The notes under the pieces were generated by a model, which was not told the origin of the DNA, ran no database searches, and saw nothing but the letters and a program-made list of their open reading frames with translations. This document shows, one piece after another, positions 1 to 8,676 of a stretch of 64,000 nt of DNA (its first letter is position 1; the number at the start of each line of letters is the position of its first letter). A program made the position numbers and the translations under genes. The stretch lies in the IMG/VR virus record IMGVR_UViG_3300010158_000061, positions 7,534 through 71,533 of that record; one strand, written 5' to 3'. This DNA comes from a virus.

Positions 1-1
1 T

Positions 2-526
2 GTTGGATGTAATAACGATGAAGAATTACAAAGATTTTTTAATCACATACAATTAAATCCAGACGCTGATCCAATAATATTGGACGGCGACGATAAATTC
101 AATCAAGGTGTCAAAGACGGGGTTGGTACCTATTTCTTCCAGACACGCGGTGCAGTTTTAATGAATCCTGAATATTTAGCAAATACATGGTTTAGTTTGG
201 TAACAGAAACAGGGTTTCTCAGTGAAAAAACTTTTAAATTAATATACTATTGCCATCCGTTTATACTGGTGGGGATGCCGGGGATTCTTAATTCTCTAAA
301 GGAACTGGGATATAAAACATTTGATTGCGTATTTGATGAGAGTTACGATGACATGCATCTCAATGAGGAGAAAATATTATTTGTATCTAACCAGGTAAAA
401 CAATATTGCGGTGCAGAAGGTCGAAACAAATTCGCAGAAAAACTTCCTGAAATTGAAAAAATATTAAAATATAATAGAGAAGTATTTATAAACAAGAACC
501 ATTTTAAATTTTGGGCCGATCTTTAA
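2..526 (+). CDS. GT10-like (GT-B fold) glycosyltransferase-like protein, 5'-truncated by window edge
   Basis: Frame is open from position 2. Motif FSLVTET..LSEKTFK...HPFILVG..G.L..LKELGYKTF...FDESYD is shared with ORFs at 8675, 9768 and 26790 and resembles the GT10 fucosyltransferase TEK motif. Confidence 0.55.
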   Translation, partial: VGCNNDEELQRFFNHIQLNPDADPIILDGDDKFNQGVKDGVGTYFFQTRGAVLMNPEYLANTWFSLVTETGFLSEKTFKLIYYCHPFILVGMPGILNSLKELGYKTFDCVFDESYDDMHLNEEKILFVSNQVKQYCGAEGRNKFAEKLPEIEKILKYNREVFINKNHFKFWADL

Positions 527-879
527 TCACCGTAACGTTTTGTTTCTCTAACAGGATCATTGAGTTTTTCTGCCATGATATTTTTAAGAATGTATCGTTG
601 GTGTAGTACATCACGAGCATGCAACGCTCTTCTGCCTACTTCGGCCAAATCATACTTGTGTTCTACTCTGAAGTTTTTAAAATCATCCTCTAGTGCCCAT
701 ACTTCCTCATGTACTTTGTATAGTTTATCTAGCTCTTCGTTGATTAACTCAAAATTAATGTTGTGCAATTGCTCTGTATAAAAATCTAATTCTTCTTTGT
801 TGTTACCAAGTTTTGCAAATTTTAATTTAGCGATACAATATCGGTCTACTAGTTCAATAACAGGGAATTTATACATCAT
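523..879 (-). CDS. small helical protein, DUF6165/DUF4254-like
   Basis: Pattern ELVDRYCIAKLK...VHEEVWALEDDFK...EVGRRAL...RYILKN..E.K.Y resembles DUF6165-type proteins; TAAATA lies just upstream. Confidence 0.45.
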   Translation of the reverse strand: MMYKFPVIELVDRYCIAKLKFAKLGNNKEELDFYTEQLHNINFELINEELDKLYKVHEEVWALEDDFKNFRVEHKYDLAEVGRRALHARDVLHQRYILKNIMAEKLNDPVRETKRYGD

Positions 880-880
880 A

Positions 881-886
881 TATTTA
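881..886 (-). promoter_or_regulatory. TAAATA late-promoter-like motif
   Basis: Minus strand GTAAATA immediately upstream of the 879 start; the same motif recurs before five other genes. Confidence 0.45.
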
Positions 887-932
887 CTTAGAATAAAAAC
901 AGTATATATAATAAAGATATTAAGGCGTATAA

Positions 933-1148
933 ATGAACTCAGTAGACATGGCTAACAACCTAATTTTTAGGGCAAAGAATTTACAAGAATTTACAGTGAC
1001 AACAGAACTCCCCGAAGGATTTAAATTCAACGGGGCGGTTCCTTTTGATCTACAAATTGTAGGCAAGCAGTTAGAAGCACAAGTTTGGGCAGTAGATTTT
1101 GAAGAAGCAGTCAATAGGCTAAACGAATTTCTCCAAACTGAGGAGTAA
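933..1148 (+). CDS. hypothetical phage protein (71 aa)
   Basis: ATG ORF with plausible composition filling the gap between flanking genes. Confidence 0.7.
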   Translation: MNSVDMANNLIFRAKNLQEFTVTTELPEGFKFNGAVPFDLQIVGKQLEAQVWAVDFEEAVNRLNEFLQTEE

Positions 1149-1174
1149 AATATTTTCTATTGGTAATTAGACAG

Positions 1175-1180
1175 TAAATA
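1175..1180 (+). promoter_or_regulatory. TAAATA late-promoter-like motif
   Basis: GTAAATA-ttagt-ATG(1186). Confidence 0.45.
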
Positions 1181-1185
1181 TTAGT

Positions 1186-1401
1186 ATGGAAAATACAACT
1201 CAACCACCACAACTTACCATTGCTGATTTAGCAAGCCTCAAACAAATTGTTGACGCCGCGTGTACACGTGGTGCTTTCAAGGCCGCAGAAATGCGTGCCA
1301 TTGGAGAAACATACGACAAGTTATCTGCTTTCCTTGACGCCACTCAACAAGCGGCACAAGCGGCAGAACAAGCACAACCTCAAGGAGATCAAAATGCTTA
1401 A
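1186..1401 (+). CDS. hypothetical phage protein (71 aa)
   Basis: Helical core LTIADLASLKQIVDAACTRGAFKAAEM; overlaps the next start codon. Confidence 0.75.
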   Translation: MENTTQPPQLTIADLASLKQIVDAACTRGAFKAAEMRAIGETYDKLSAFLDATQQAAQAAEQAQPQGDQNA

Positions 1402-2146
1402 ACATATAGGACGACACGGTGACCGTAAGGTTGCTATTCTCTTTAGAGAAGTACCCGGCGAAGAGCACATGTGCCTTGTGGTGTACCCAGAAACCATGCC
1501 CACACATATCCATAATTCAATTCTGGCCACATTAGAAAGCCCTGCAGGACAGTCCGCAACAAGTTTAAGTGATGTGTTACATCGCAATTTGTTACCTGAT
1601 GGTCGTCCACAGTTGGAAGCATTGCATAAAGAAGGAATGATTAAAAAGATTCCTACCAATCAAGTTATTGTGACTCCTACTGCGCAAAGCAGTGTGAAGT
1701 TAGACGAGATGAACAAGATTATCAAAGAGATGGAATCAGGCGAGAGCGCCTACAAACGTTTACAAGAAATTGACAAGAACACTGGCTTTGTTGATCCTGC
1801 ACAAAAACGCAAAGCCGAAGCAGAATACAAACGTGACCAAGAGCGTAAGGCGCAAGACACAAGAACACCATATGTTGCACCACCATTGGCCAGTCCTGAT
1901 GGCGCATTAGATGACAAGACTCTTGCGACAAATATGTTAGCTCAAGCCAAACGCATGGAAATTGAAGCCAAGGGCATGATTGCTGAAGCCGCTCGCATGA
2001 AAAAAGAAGCACAAGGGTTAAACCCATCAGTTAGAGTACAAGAGAGTGAGAATTACGTTACTCCAGTAGTAAGTACACAATCAACTACACCTCGTAAAGG
2101 TCGTCCTCCCAAAGCCAAGGTAGTGACTGCCGATGCAGTTCAGTGA
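1394..2146 (+). CDS. hypothetical phage protein (start corrected to ATG 1394)
   Basis: AGGAG Shine-Dalgarno at 1383-1387 precedes ATG 1394 (MLKHIGRHGDRKV...); coiled-coil region and basic tail (PRKGRPPK). Confidence 0.75.
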   Translation: MLKHIGRHGDRKVAILFREVPGEEHMCLVVYPETMPTHIHNSILATLESPAGQSATSLSDVLHRNLLPDGRPQLEALHKEGMIKKIPTNQVIVTPTAQSSVKLDEMNKIIKEMESGESAYKRLQEIDKNTGFVDPAQKRKAEAEYKRDQERKAQDTRTPYVAPPLASPDGALDDKTLATNMLAQAKRMEIEAKGMIAEAARMKKEAQGLNPSVRVQESENYVTPVVSTQSTTPRKGRPPKAKVVTADAVQ

Positions 2147-2435
2147 TGAGTTCTTAGAACAGTGGGAACACATCATTGATGAAGTTACTAAGACCGAAGT
2201 CCCGCTAGAATGCATTAAAAAAGTAGTAGTAAGATTAAACAACAAGCGTCAGCGTACGATTAATCTTTCAATGCTACGTAAACAAGGACTTGACTTACAA
2301 GAGATTGAAATAGTCTTGTCCCGAACCTTAAATGAATTTGGCGATCAAGTTCGCGATCTCGACTTCGTGGTTGATGTCAGCAAAGTTGCCAAAATGGTTC
2401 AGCCCGAAACCGATAAACTTTTAAAAGACTTATGA
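2133..2435 (+). CDS. hypothetical phage protein (100 aa)
   Basis: Overlaps both neighbours; ATGA coupling to thyX. Confidence 0.75.
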   Translation: MQFSDEFLEQWEHIIDEVTKTEVPLECIKKVVVRLNNKRQRTINLSMLRKQGLDLQEIEIVLSRTLNEFGDQVRDLDFVVDVSKVAKMVQPETDKLLKDL

Positions 2436-3103
2436 ATGTACGACTACTCAGTTACAGCCAGCCCACACTTGAATTTGCCAGCCAAGGCATTTCAGATGCC
2501 CAAGAACTCATCGCATACTGTGCCCGAGTATCAAACCCCGCAAACCAACTCAACACCGACACCAGTGAAAAACTCATCCGATACCTTGTCCGACACCAAC
2601 ACTGGAGTCCACTTGAAATGGTTTCAGCTTGCATGGAAATTACGACAACACGAGATATTGCACGGCAAATCCTACGTCACCGATCGTTCAGCTTCCAAGA
2701 GTTCAGCCAGCGTTATGCGGACCCGACTAAAGATCTCAACTTTGTTACCCGAGAGGGACGACTTCAAGATCCAAAGAATAGACAGAACAGTATAGAGCAT
2801 GATGATCACTTGTTGGAAAACGAATGGTATCGTGCTCAACAACGAGTAATCTATGCAGCCAAACGTGAATACGAATGGGCTATTGCCAACGGCATTGCCA
2901 AAGAACAAGCTCGTGCTGTTCTACCCGAAGGCTTGATCGAAAGTCGCATCTACATGAATGGTACCTTACGCTCATGGATTCACTTTGTTGAGTTAAGAAG
3001 TGCCAACGGCACACAACTAGAACACCAAGAAGTAGCTCGAGCCTGTGCCCAAGCCATTACTGCTATATTCCCAATGGCTGCTGATCTAGTTGCAAACTCT
3101 TGA
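2432..3103 (+). CDS. thyX: FAD-dependent thymidylate synthase
   Basis: ThyX signature RHRSFSFQEFSQRY, plus HWSPLE, EQARAVLP and TQLEH. Confidence 0.97.
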   Translation: MNVRLLSYSQPTLEFASQGISDAQELIAYCARVSNPANQLNTDTSEKLIRYLVRHQHWSPLEMVSACMEITTTRDIARQILRHRSFSFQEFSQRYADPTKDLNFVTREGRLQDPKNRQNSIEHDDHLLENEWYRAQQRVIYAAKREYEWAIANGIAKEQARAVLPEGLIESRIYMNGTLRSWIHFVELRSANGTQLEHQEVARACAQAITAIFPMAADLVANS

Positions 3104-3118
3104 TCAATCTGCTATACT
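3090..3118 (+). promoter_or_regulatory. sigma70-like promoter, probably giving a leaderless mRNA
   Basis: TTGCAA(3090-95), 17 nt, TATACT(3113-18) with extended TG; ATG 3124 lies 5 nt downstream. Confidence 0.6.
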
Positions 3119-3123
3119 AGCGT

Positions 3124-3450
3124 ATGGCAATTGCTGATCCACAAACATCTTCAGACCTATACAAGCCACGCGAATCAAAAATAATTGATGGTAAAGTAAT
3201 CACTGTGAGTGATATGCTTGTGCATACGTTCGATGTAGGTGATGTTGAGGATCCAGATATAGTTGCAGGATTCCAACTTGGTGATTGGGAACGCAGTGAA
3301 GCAGGACAATGGGTCATGACCAATGCTGTAGAAACACCATACTGGATCAGACGCGGTGGTCCTGAGTACTGGGGACACAAATACCATGTTGTGGCTAGGA
3401 TGCGAGAATCAGATCAAACGTTTTTTAAATTAAAGTGGGGTAAAGAATGA
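3124..3450 (+). CDS. hypothetical phage protein (108 aa)
   Basis: ORF follows the promoter and is ATGA-coupled to the epimerase. Confidence 0.75.
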   Translation: MAIADPQTSSDLYKPRESKIIDGKVITVSDMLVHTFDVGDVEDPDIVAGFQLGDWERSEAGQWVMTNAVETPYWIRRGGPEYWGHKYHVVARMRESDQTFFKLKWGKE

Positions 3451-4415
3451 GAATACTTGTAACAGGCGGGCTAGGACTTATTGGGCACAATGTGGTGGCA
3501 CGATTAGAAGCTCGTGATCACAAAGTCGTTATAACAGACACACGTACTACGTATGGAATTATTCCACAGGCAGAACTCGATTACTTGATGTCTGAACGTA
3601 TCAAGAAGATCAAAACCAAATCAATCTACAATGTTGATATTACTGATGCAGAAAAATTTGATGCACTAGTGGCCAAGCACGAACCCGAAGTTATCATACA
3701 CATGGCCAGTTTTCCAAGACAAAAAGTTGTTAATGCCAACCCTGCTTGGGGTAGTCGTGTGATGATGGAAGGCCTGATCAACATTTGCGAGAGTGCCAAA
3801 AAGCACCGTGTTGAGCGTGTTGTGTACATTAGTAGTTCAATGGTGTACGGAGACTTTGAAGATCAAGTGGAAGAAGATCACGATTGCAAACCTATTGGTC
3901 AATATGGTATTATGAAACTCACAGGAGAAGACATTGTTAAAGATTATTATCGTCGTGGGGCTTTTGACTATTGCATTATTCGTCCCAGTGCTGTTTATGG
4001 GCCCTTGGACGTCGAAGACCGAGTGGTCGCCAAGTTCATGCTCACAGCAATGCGAGGCGGTGTGCTCAAGGTCAACGGTGCCAACGAAACCCTAGACTTT
4101 ACCTATGTGGATGATGCCGCAGATGGTATTGTGGCCGCCGCCATACGTATCATGAGTGCAAACAAAACATTCAATATTACTAAATCACATAGTGTCAGTT
4201 TATTAGAAGCCGCTGAAATGATTGTTAAGATTGTGGGCCGAGGCACCATTGAAGTGCGTGACAAGGATGCAGACTTTCCGTCACGCGGTGCATTAAATAT
4301 TGATAGAGCAAAAATTATTCTCAGCTTTGATCCCAAAGTAGACGTTGAACAAGGATTTAAAAATTACTACAACTGGCTTGACAATTCCCCATACTGGTCT
4401 CCGAAAACAGTATAA
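3447..4415 (+). CDS. NAD-dependent NDP-sugar epimerase/dehydratase (extended SDR)
   Basis: TGGLGLIG Rossmann motif, SSSMVYG, catalytic YGIMK (YxxxK), DFTYVDD. Confidence 0.93.
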   Translation: MRILVTGGLGLIGHNVVARLEARDHKVVITDTRTTYGIIPQAELDYLMSERIKKIKTKSIYNVDITDAEKFDALVAKHEPEVIIHMASFPRQKVVNANPAWGSRVMMEGLINICESAKKHRVERVVYISSSMVYGDFEDQVEEDHDCKPIGQYGIMKLTGEDIVKDYYRRGAFDYCIIRPSAVYGPLDVEDRVVAKFMLTAMRGGVLKVNGANETLDFTYVDDAADGIVAAAIRIMSANKTFNITKSHSVSLLEAAEMIVKIVGRGTIEVRDKDADFPSRGALNIDRAKIILSFDPKVDVEQGFKNYYNWLDNSPYWSPKTV

Positions 4416-5460
4416 CAATCTTCGTACAGAAATCCTGGACGTGACAGACACAGTACTGCGTTCAGGTGTTCTCATGGACGGCAATTACACCGCCGAGTTT
4501 GAAAACTGGTTGGCTAAAAAGAACCGTCTAAGTTATGCTGTGACTTGTCACTCGGGTACACAAGCACTTGAGATCCTAGCCGGCTACTATCGAGATAATG
4601 ATTTGGATTTTGTACGACCTCCCACGGTGTTAGTACCTGCATTGACTTACCCAGCCACTGCCAATGCTTTCCTACGAGCAGGATGGAAAGTTATAATTGG
4701 TGAGACCGACTACTATGGTCAGTTAGATACACGAAAGATACTCAAGGACATGGATCTACACTATCATGCCGTGTGTGCTGTGGGCTTGTATGGTGCGGCA
4801 TTACGTGATATGCAACCAGCAAAAAATCGGGCTATCCTCATCGAGGATGGTGCACAACATTGGTTAAGCGACGACTGCCGCAGACAGGGAGAGGCCACTG
4901 CTATCAGTTTTGATCCCACAAAGAACTTTGCTAACTATGGCAATGGTGGTGCTGTGGTCAGTGATGATCGTAAATTATTAGATTATGCAAGAGACTGGAT
5001 CAACAACGGAAAGCACACACGACACAGTGAAGTTGGTACTAATTCAAGAATGAGCGAAATAGATTGTGCTCAGATGATGGTCAAAACCAAATACATCAAT
5101 CAATGGCAAAAACGTAGAGGAGAGATTGCCTCACACTGGATTGAACGCTTAAAGAAGACTGGCGTAAGAACGTTAATCGATGATTCAAACTTTGAATCAC
5201 ACTGCTATCACAAGTTTGTGATTGAAGCAGACAACAGAAATATCATGCAACGTAATCTTACCTTGCGCAAAATAGAAACAAAAATACATTATGCAGAACC
5301 CTTGCATGAATTGCCTGCTTATCAGCACCTAGACAATCCTGGTACGTTGCTAAGTCCAGCATCATCCTTAAGCAGACGTTGTTTAAGTCTTCCACTATAT
5401 CCTGAACTTAGCGACATGGAAGTAGAATACATCATTGATCAATTGCTGGATGTTGTATGA
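4345..5460 (+). CDS. DegT/DnrJ/EryC1/StrS PLP-dependent sugar aminotransferase (start uncertain)
   Basis: SGTQAL, PALTYPATANA, IEDGAQ, SFDPTKN (PLP Lys), GNGGAVV, GTNSRM, LSLPLYP. Confidence 0.92.
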   Translation: MNKDLKITTTGLTIPHTGLRKQYNNLRTEILDVTDTVLRSGVLMDGNYTAEFENWLAKKNRLSYAVTCHSGTQALEILAGYYRDNDLDFVRPPTVLVPALTYPATANAFLRAGWKVIIGETDYYGQLDTRKILKDMDLHYHAVCAVGLYGAALRDMQPAKNRAILIEDGAQHWLSDDCRRQGEATAISFDPTKNFANYGNGGAVVSDDRKLLDYARDWINNGKHTRHSEVGTNSRMSEIDCAQMMVKTKYINQWQKRRGEIASHWIERLKKTGVRTLIDDSNFESHCYHKFVIEADNRNIMQRNLTLRKIETKIHYAEPLHELPAYQHLDNPGTLLSPASSLSRRCLSLPLYPELSDMEVEYIIDQLLDVV

Positions 5461-6269
5461 TCAAAATAGATTTTCATGGTAGTACACATGGGCATTTTTT
5501 AGAATATGTGAGCAACGTTTACATCATGCAAACTACTCCAAGCCAACGTAATATTTTTAAACCTCCTACATACTCTGCGCATAACCCTGACGTTAGTTAT
5601 TTTAACAATCGAATAATTGAATGCGGGCATTTTTCAGAACCAATTTATAAGTTAAACATTGATGACAAAGATCAAGTTATTAGAATTGTACTAGATCAGC
5701 GTGATGACAATATATTTTTTATAGCATTTACTAATGTAATGTTCAAAGCTGGAGATCTAGGATTTAAAAAACAAATCCTAAAAATACCTGACTCTATTAG
5801 AAATAATAAAATAGAACTCAGAAAAATTTTTTATAGCAAATTTGATGAGCGAGAAAAATATGCCAACTACTACGCTAATTTTTTGCCAACATTAGCCCCA
5901 GTGTTTGAATTTAAAATTGAATCATTTTTTTCGTTTAAAAATTTTTGTGCTGAACTAACTTCCTTGGCAAATTTTTTGAATCAAACATTTTTTCCTGATC
6001 AATCGTTATACACACTTTGGACTGAGTTCATTGCCAGGAACCAAGGGTGGCAATCATGCCTTAAATGCAATCAACTATTAGCAGATATATTTGCTAACGC
6101 TGATAAAACGATAGATTGCACAGTACTTGAAGAAGCTTGGATCAATTACAATCTATCTAGGATGTGTAAATTATACAATAATGATCTACTGAGTGAACAA
6201 GAATTGTATCCAACTAATACACAACAGGTGTATAAAATAGTTCAACAGCATCTCAGTAGGTTGAGATGA
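5457..6269 (+). CDS. hypothetical protein (270 aa), AT-rich
   Basis: ATGA-coupled to the aminotransferase; no family confidently recognised. Confidence 0.7.
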   Translation: MIKIDFHGSTHGHFLEYVSNVYIMQTTPSQRNIFKPPTYSAHNPDVSYFNNRIIECGHFSEPIYKLNIDDKDQVIRIVLDQRDDNIFFIAFTNVMFKAGDLGFKKQILKIPDSIRNNKIELRKIFYSKFDEREKYANYYANFLPTLAPVFEFKIESFFSFKNFCAELTSLANFLNQTFFPDQSLYTLWTEFIARNQGWQSCLKCNQLLADIFANADKTIDCTVLEEAWINYNLSRMCKLYNNDLLSEQELYPTNTQQVYKIVQQHLSRLR

Positions 6270-6273
6270 CTTA

Positions 6274-8676
6274 TTAATCAGTTGTTAGACTGCGCCGCAT
6301 AAACGCATAACTAGCCAACCAGGGCCACTCGTAACTTTTCTTGAGTGCCTCAAAGTCTCCACCAACCTCTTCATAATAATCCACAGCATCCGCCGCACCT
6401 TTTGAACTCCAATGCCCATTGGCAATAGTACCGGAGTCTTCCTTCAACCATGCATTTAGTCTATATTCATTTTCCACGTCAGGCAAACTTGCACGTAATT
6501 TAAGTGCTTCACGGAAAGCGGTTCGCCAGGCCATCCAAGGCGATTCAGCATACATGGCTGTGCCGCTGAAAATGGGTACAACTTCATGTGCTTGGTCTAG
6601 TGTAAAATCTAGTCCTGTACCTGTGTTCTCTCTCACCAATTGCCGATTGTAAGCGATCATGGCCTGATGACCATATACCAAACCATTCACAGGATTACCA
6701 GCATGAAAAATATAGTGCTTGGCCTGTTGCATACGATCAGATTGCCATGACCAATCAAAATGTTGATCAACTCGCAATTTAGCAAACACCGCAAAGAACC
6801 AAGGAGTTTCAGACATGTTGGCGGCTGCTTGGTATGCGGCCACACGACCATTCACGCCGGAACTTCGATGTAATCTATTTGGTAAATTGTATGTTGCACT
6901 ATTGAGGTGTGTAAAGTTACTGTCAGCATCACGTTCACCATTGTCAATGAACACAATATCCAGAGGCTGATCTTTCAGCACCCGATGTGTTTTGTCTATG
7001 TAGGCATAATCGTACAACTGTGTCTTGACGTAGGGGACAGCGGTCTTGGGTACAATTACACTAGTAGCACCTGAACTGAGAGGCACAACGGTCTTGACGT
7101 TTTCTCTCCATAACGGTACCGTTACCAAGTTGCCCGACACATAGTCAGTATTGGTAAACAGGGCCAATGGTCCTGCCCAGTCCAGTGTGCGAACTGCTTC
7201 TGCTTGGCTATCAAAATCATGTCGAATAACAGGCACAGGACGTCGTGGCACACTGGTTGTGACAAAGTTTACATCATACCATTCCAACAAGGACTTGCGC
7301 TCTGCATATTCAGCAAAGGTGGGTACATGCATATAAAAAGTATCGCCAAATTTTTCTCCGTCACTAGCAAACACATGCAACATTGTAGCTTGCCATTGTT
7401 CAGGATGCCACGAAAAATCAAATTTGCTGTAATCACAAATACTGCTACACACCCAAACAAATTCGTGTTTGTCTAACAAGTTGTTTGCTAGACGTATCAG
7501 TGTATCTCTGTAGTTGTCAAAGTATCTAACACATTTTGTTGTGTTGGGTATTTGCCCAGCATTGCCATCCAAATGATCAATTTCCACAATCACGGCTGAT
7601 GTTGAATCAACTTTGATTTTTATTTGTTCGACATATTTTATTTCTGTAGCACCGGGCACAGTATATACAGGTCCTCCGGTACGTTGCCATTGTGTACCAA
7701 ACTGATAGATATATGGCGGCTCTGTGGCATCGGGGTGCCATGACCAGTCAAAACTAGTTGTATCAACACCATCTGGTATGCTCCAATTATTGTCAATACT
7801 GATCTTGACACATCGCGGCCGGTTTATATATTTTATTTCTGTAGCACCGGGCACAGTATATACAGGTCCTCCGGTACGTTGCCATTGTGTTCCGAATTGA
7901 TACGTGTATGGTGGATCTCCTGGGTCGGGAACCCACGAATAATCTACACTGGCAGGATCAATAGTGTCAGGGATAACCCATCTGAAACGATCAGGTAATA
8001 GTTTAGCCGTTGGCCACCTCACATACTTGCGTTCTGTAGCACCGGGCACGTGATATTCTACCGTAGGCATTTTTTCCCCTGACCAATGCTGATTGCCGAA
8101 CACATGGATGTAAGGAGAATCCCCTGGGTCAGGAACCCATGAATAGTCCCATTCACAATTTACCAGCATGTGCCAACAATTGTTGTGCTGTGGTTGTAGT
8201 TTTGCTTGCGGTCTATCCATGTACTTGTGTTGTGTTGCACCTGCTACTGTGTATTCCACTGTGGGCATTTTTTCTGCTGACCACCACTGATTACCAAACA
8301 CATATATGTAAGGTGGATCATGCGGATGCGGTGCCCAAGAGTAATCAAAATCTATTCCATTTATTAATGTATTAAAATTGTCTAGATTACATTTGTTAGG
8401 AATAACTTTTTTGTGAAAGTGATATTTGATCTCTCCAGATCGTGGCACAAGATATGTGCCCGAATACTCATGATGTTGACTAGGCCAAGTATGCGTGTAC
8501 TCGCTTTGCCACGGCACAGGTTGAAAATCCCAGTTGAATGTGCTATAATCACATAAGTATGTGATACACCAAAAATACCTTGTACGGCATAATTTTTGTG
8601 CATGCTCAATACTATCCGCCGCACGTTCATGTGCAAATTGGTTAGGTTTAATTCCCAAATAGAAAACGTCAAACAT
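6274..8676 (-). CDS. 800-aa repeat protein with degenerate GT-A-like domains
   Basis: Four DYSWxPxPxxPPYxxxFGxQW repeats; the C-terminal domain aligns by eye with the 29944 GT-A protein but has FAK in place of DGD. Confidence 0.7.
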   Translation of the reverse strand: MFDVFYLGIKPNQFAHERAADSIEHAQKLCRTRYFWCITYLCDYSTFNWDFQPVPWQSEYTHTWPSQHHEYSGTYLVPRSGEIKYHFHKKVIPNKCNLDNFNTLINGIDFDYSWAPHPHDPPYIYVFGNQWWSAEKMPTVEYTVAGATQHKYMDRPQAKLQPQHNNCWHMLVNCEWDYSWVPDPGDSPYIHVFGNQHWSGEKMPTVEYHVPGATERKYVRWPTAKLLPDRFRWVIPDTIDPASVDYSWVPDPGDPPYTYQFGTQWQRTGGPVYTVPGATEIKYINRPRCVKISIDNNWSIPDGVDTTSFDWSWHPDATEPPYIYQFGTQWQRTGGPVYTVPGATEIKYVEQIKIKVDSTSAVIVEIDHLDGNAGQIPNTTKCVRYFDNYRDTLIRLANNLLDKHEFVWVCSSICDYSKFDFSWHPEQWQATMLHVFASDGEKFGDTFYMHVPTFAEYAERKSLLEWYDVNFVTTSVPRRPVPVIRHDFDSQAEAVRTLDWAGPLALFTNTDYVSGNLVTVPLWRENVKTVVPLSSGATSVIVPKTAVPYVKTQLYDYAYIDKTHRVLKDQPLDIVFIDNGERDADSNFTHLNSATYNLPNRLHRSSGVNGRVAAYQAAANMSETPWFFAVFAKLRVDQHFDWSWQSDRMQQAKHYIFHAGNPVNGLVYGHQAMIAYNRQLVRENTGTGLDFTLDQAHEVVPIFSGTAMYAESPWMAWRTAFREALKLRASLPDVENEYRLNAWLKEDSGTIANGHWSSKGAADAVDYYEEVGGDFEALKKSYEWPWLASYAFMRRSLTTD
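7633..7890. repeat. exact 63-nt intragenic direct repeat (7633-7695 and 7828-7890)
   Basis: atattttatttctgtagcaccgggcacagtatatacaggtcctccggtacgttgccattgtgt occurs twice, 195 nt (65 codons) apart. Confidence 0.92.
8521..8549 (+). promoter_or_regulatory. sigma70-like promoter inside the antisense 800-aa gene
   Basis: TTGAAA(8521-26), 17 nt, TATAAT(8544-49) with extended TG; about 125 nt upstream of ATG 8675. Confidence 0.6.

Noticed and set aside
2432-5460. Known DNA hypermodification pathway linked to thyX
   Set aside because: No dNMP hydroxymethylase, TET/JBP, DpdA or aGPT-like gene is recognisable here; DNA remains a possible but unsupported target.
7633-7890. Diversity-generating retroelement TR/VR pair or CRISPR repeats
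   Set aside because: The copies are identical, in-frame and intragenic, with no adenine-specific mismatches, no reverse transcriptase or cas genes, and no spacer array.
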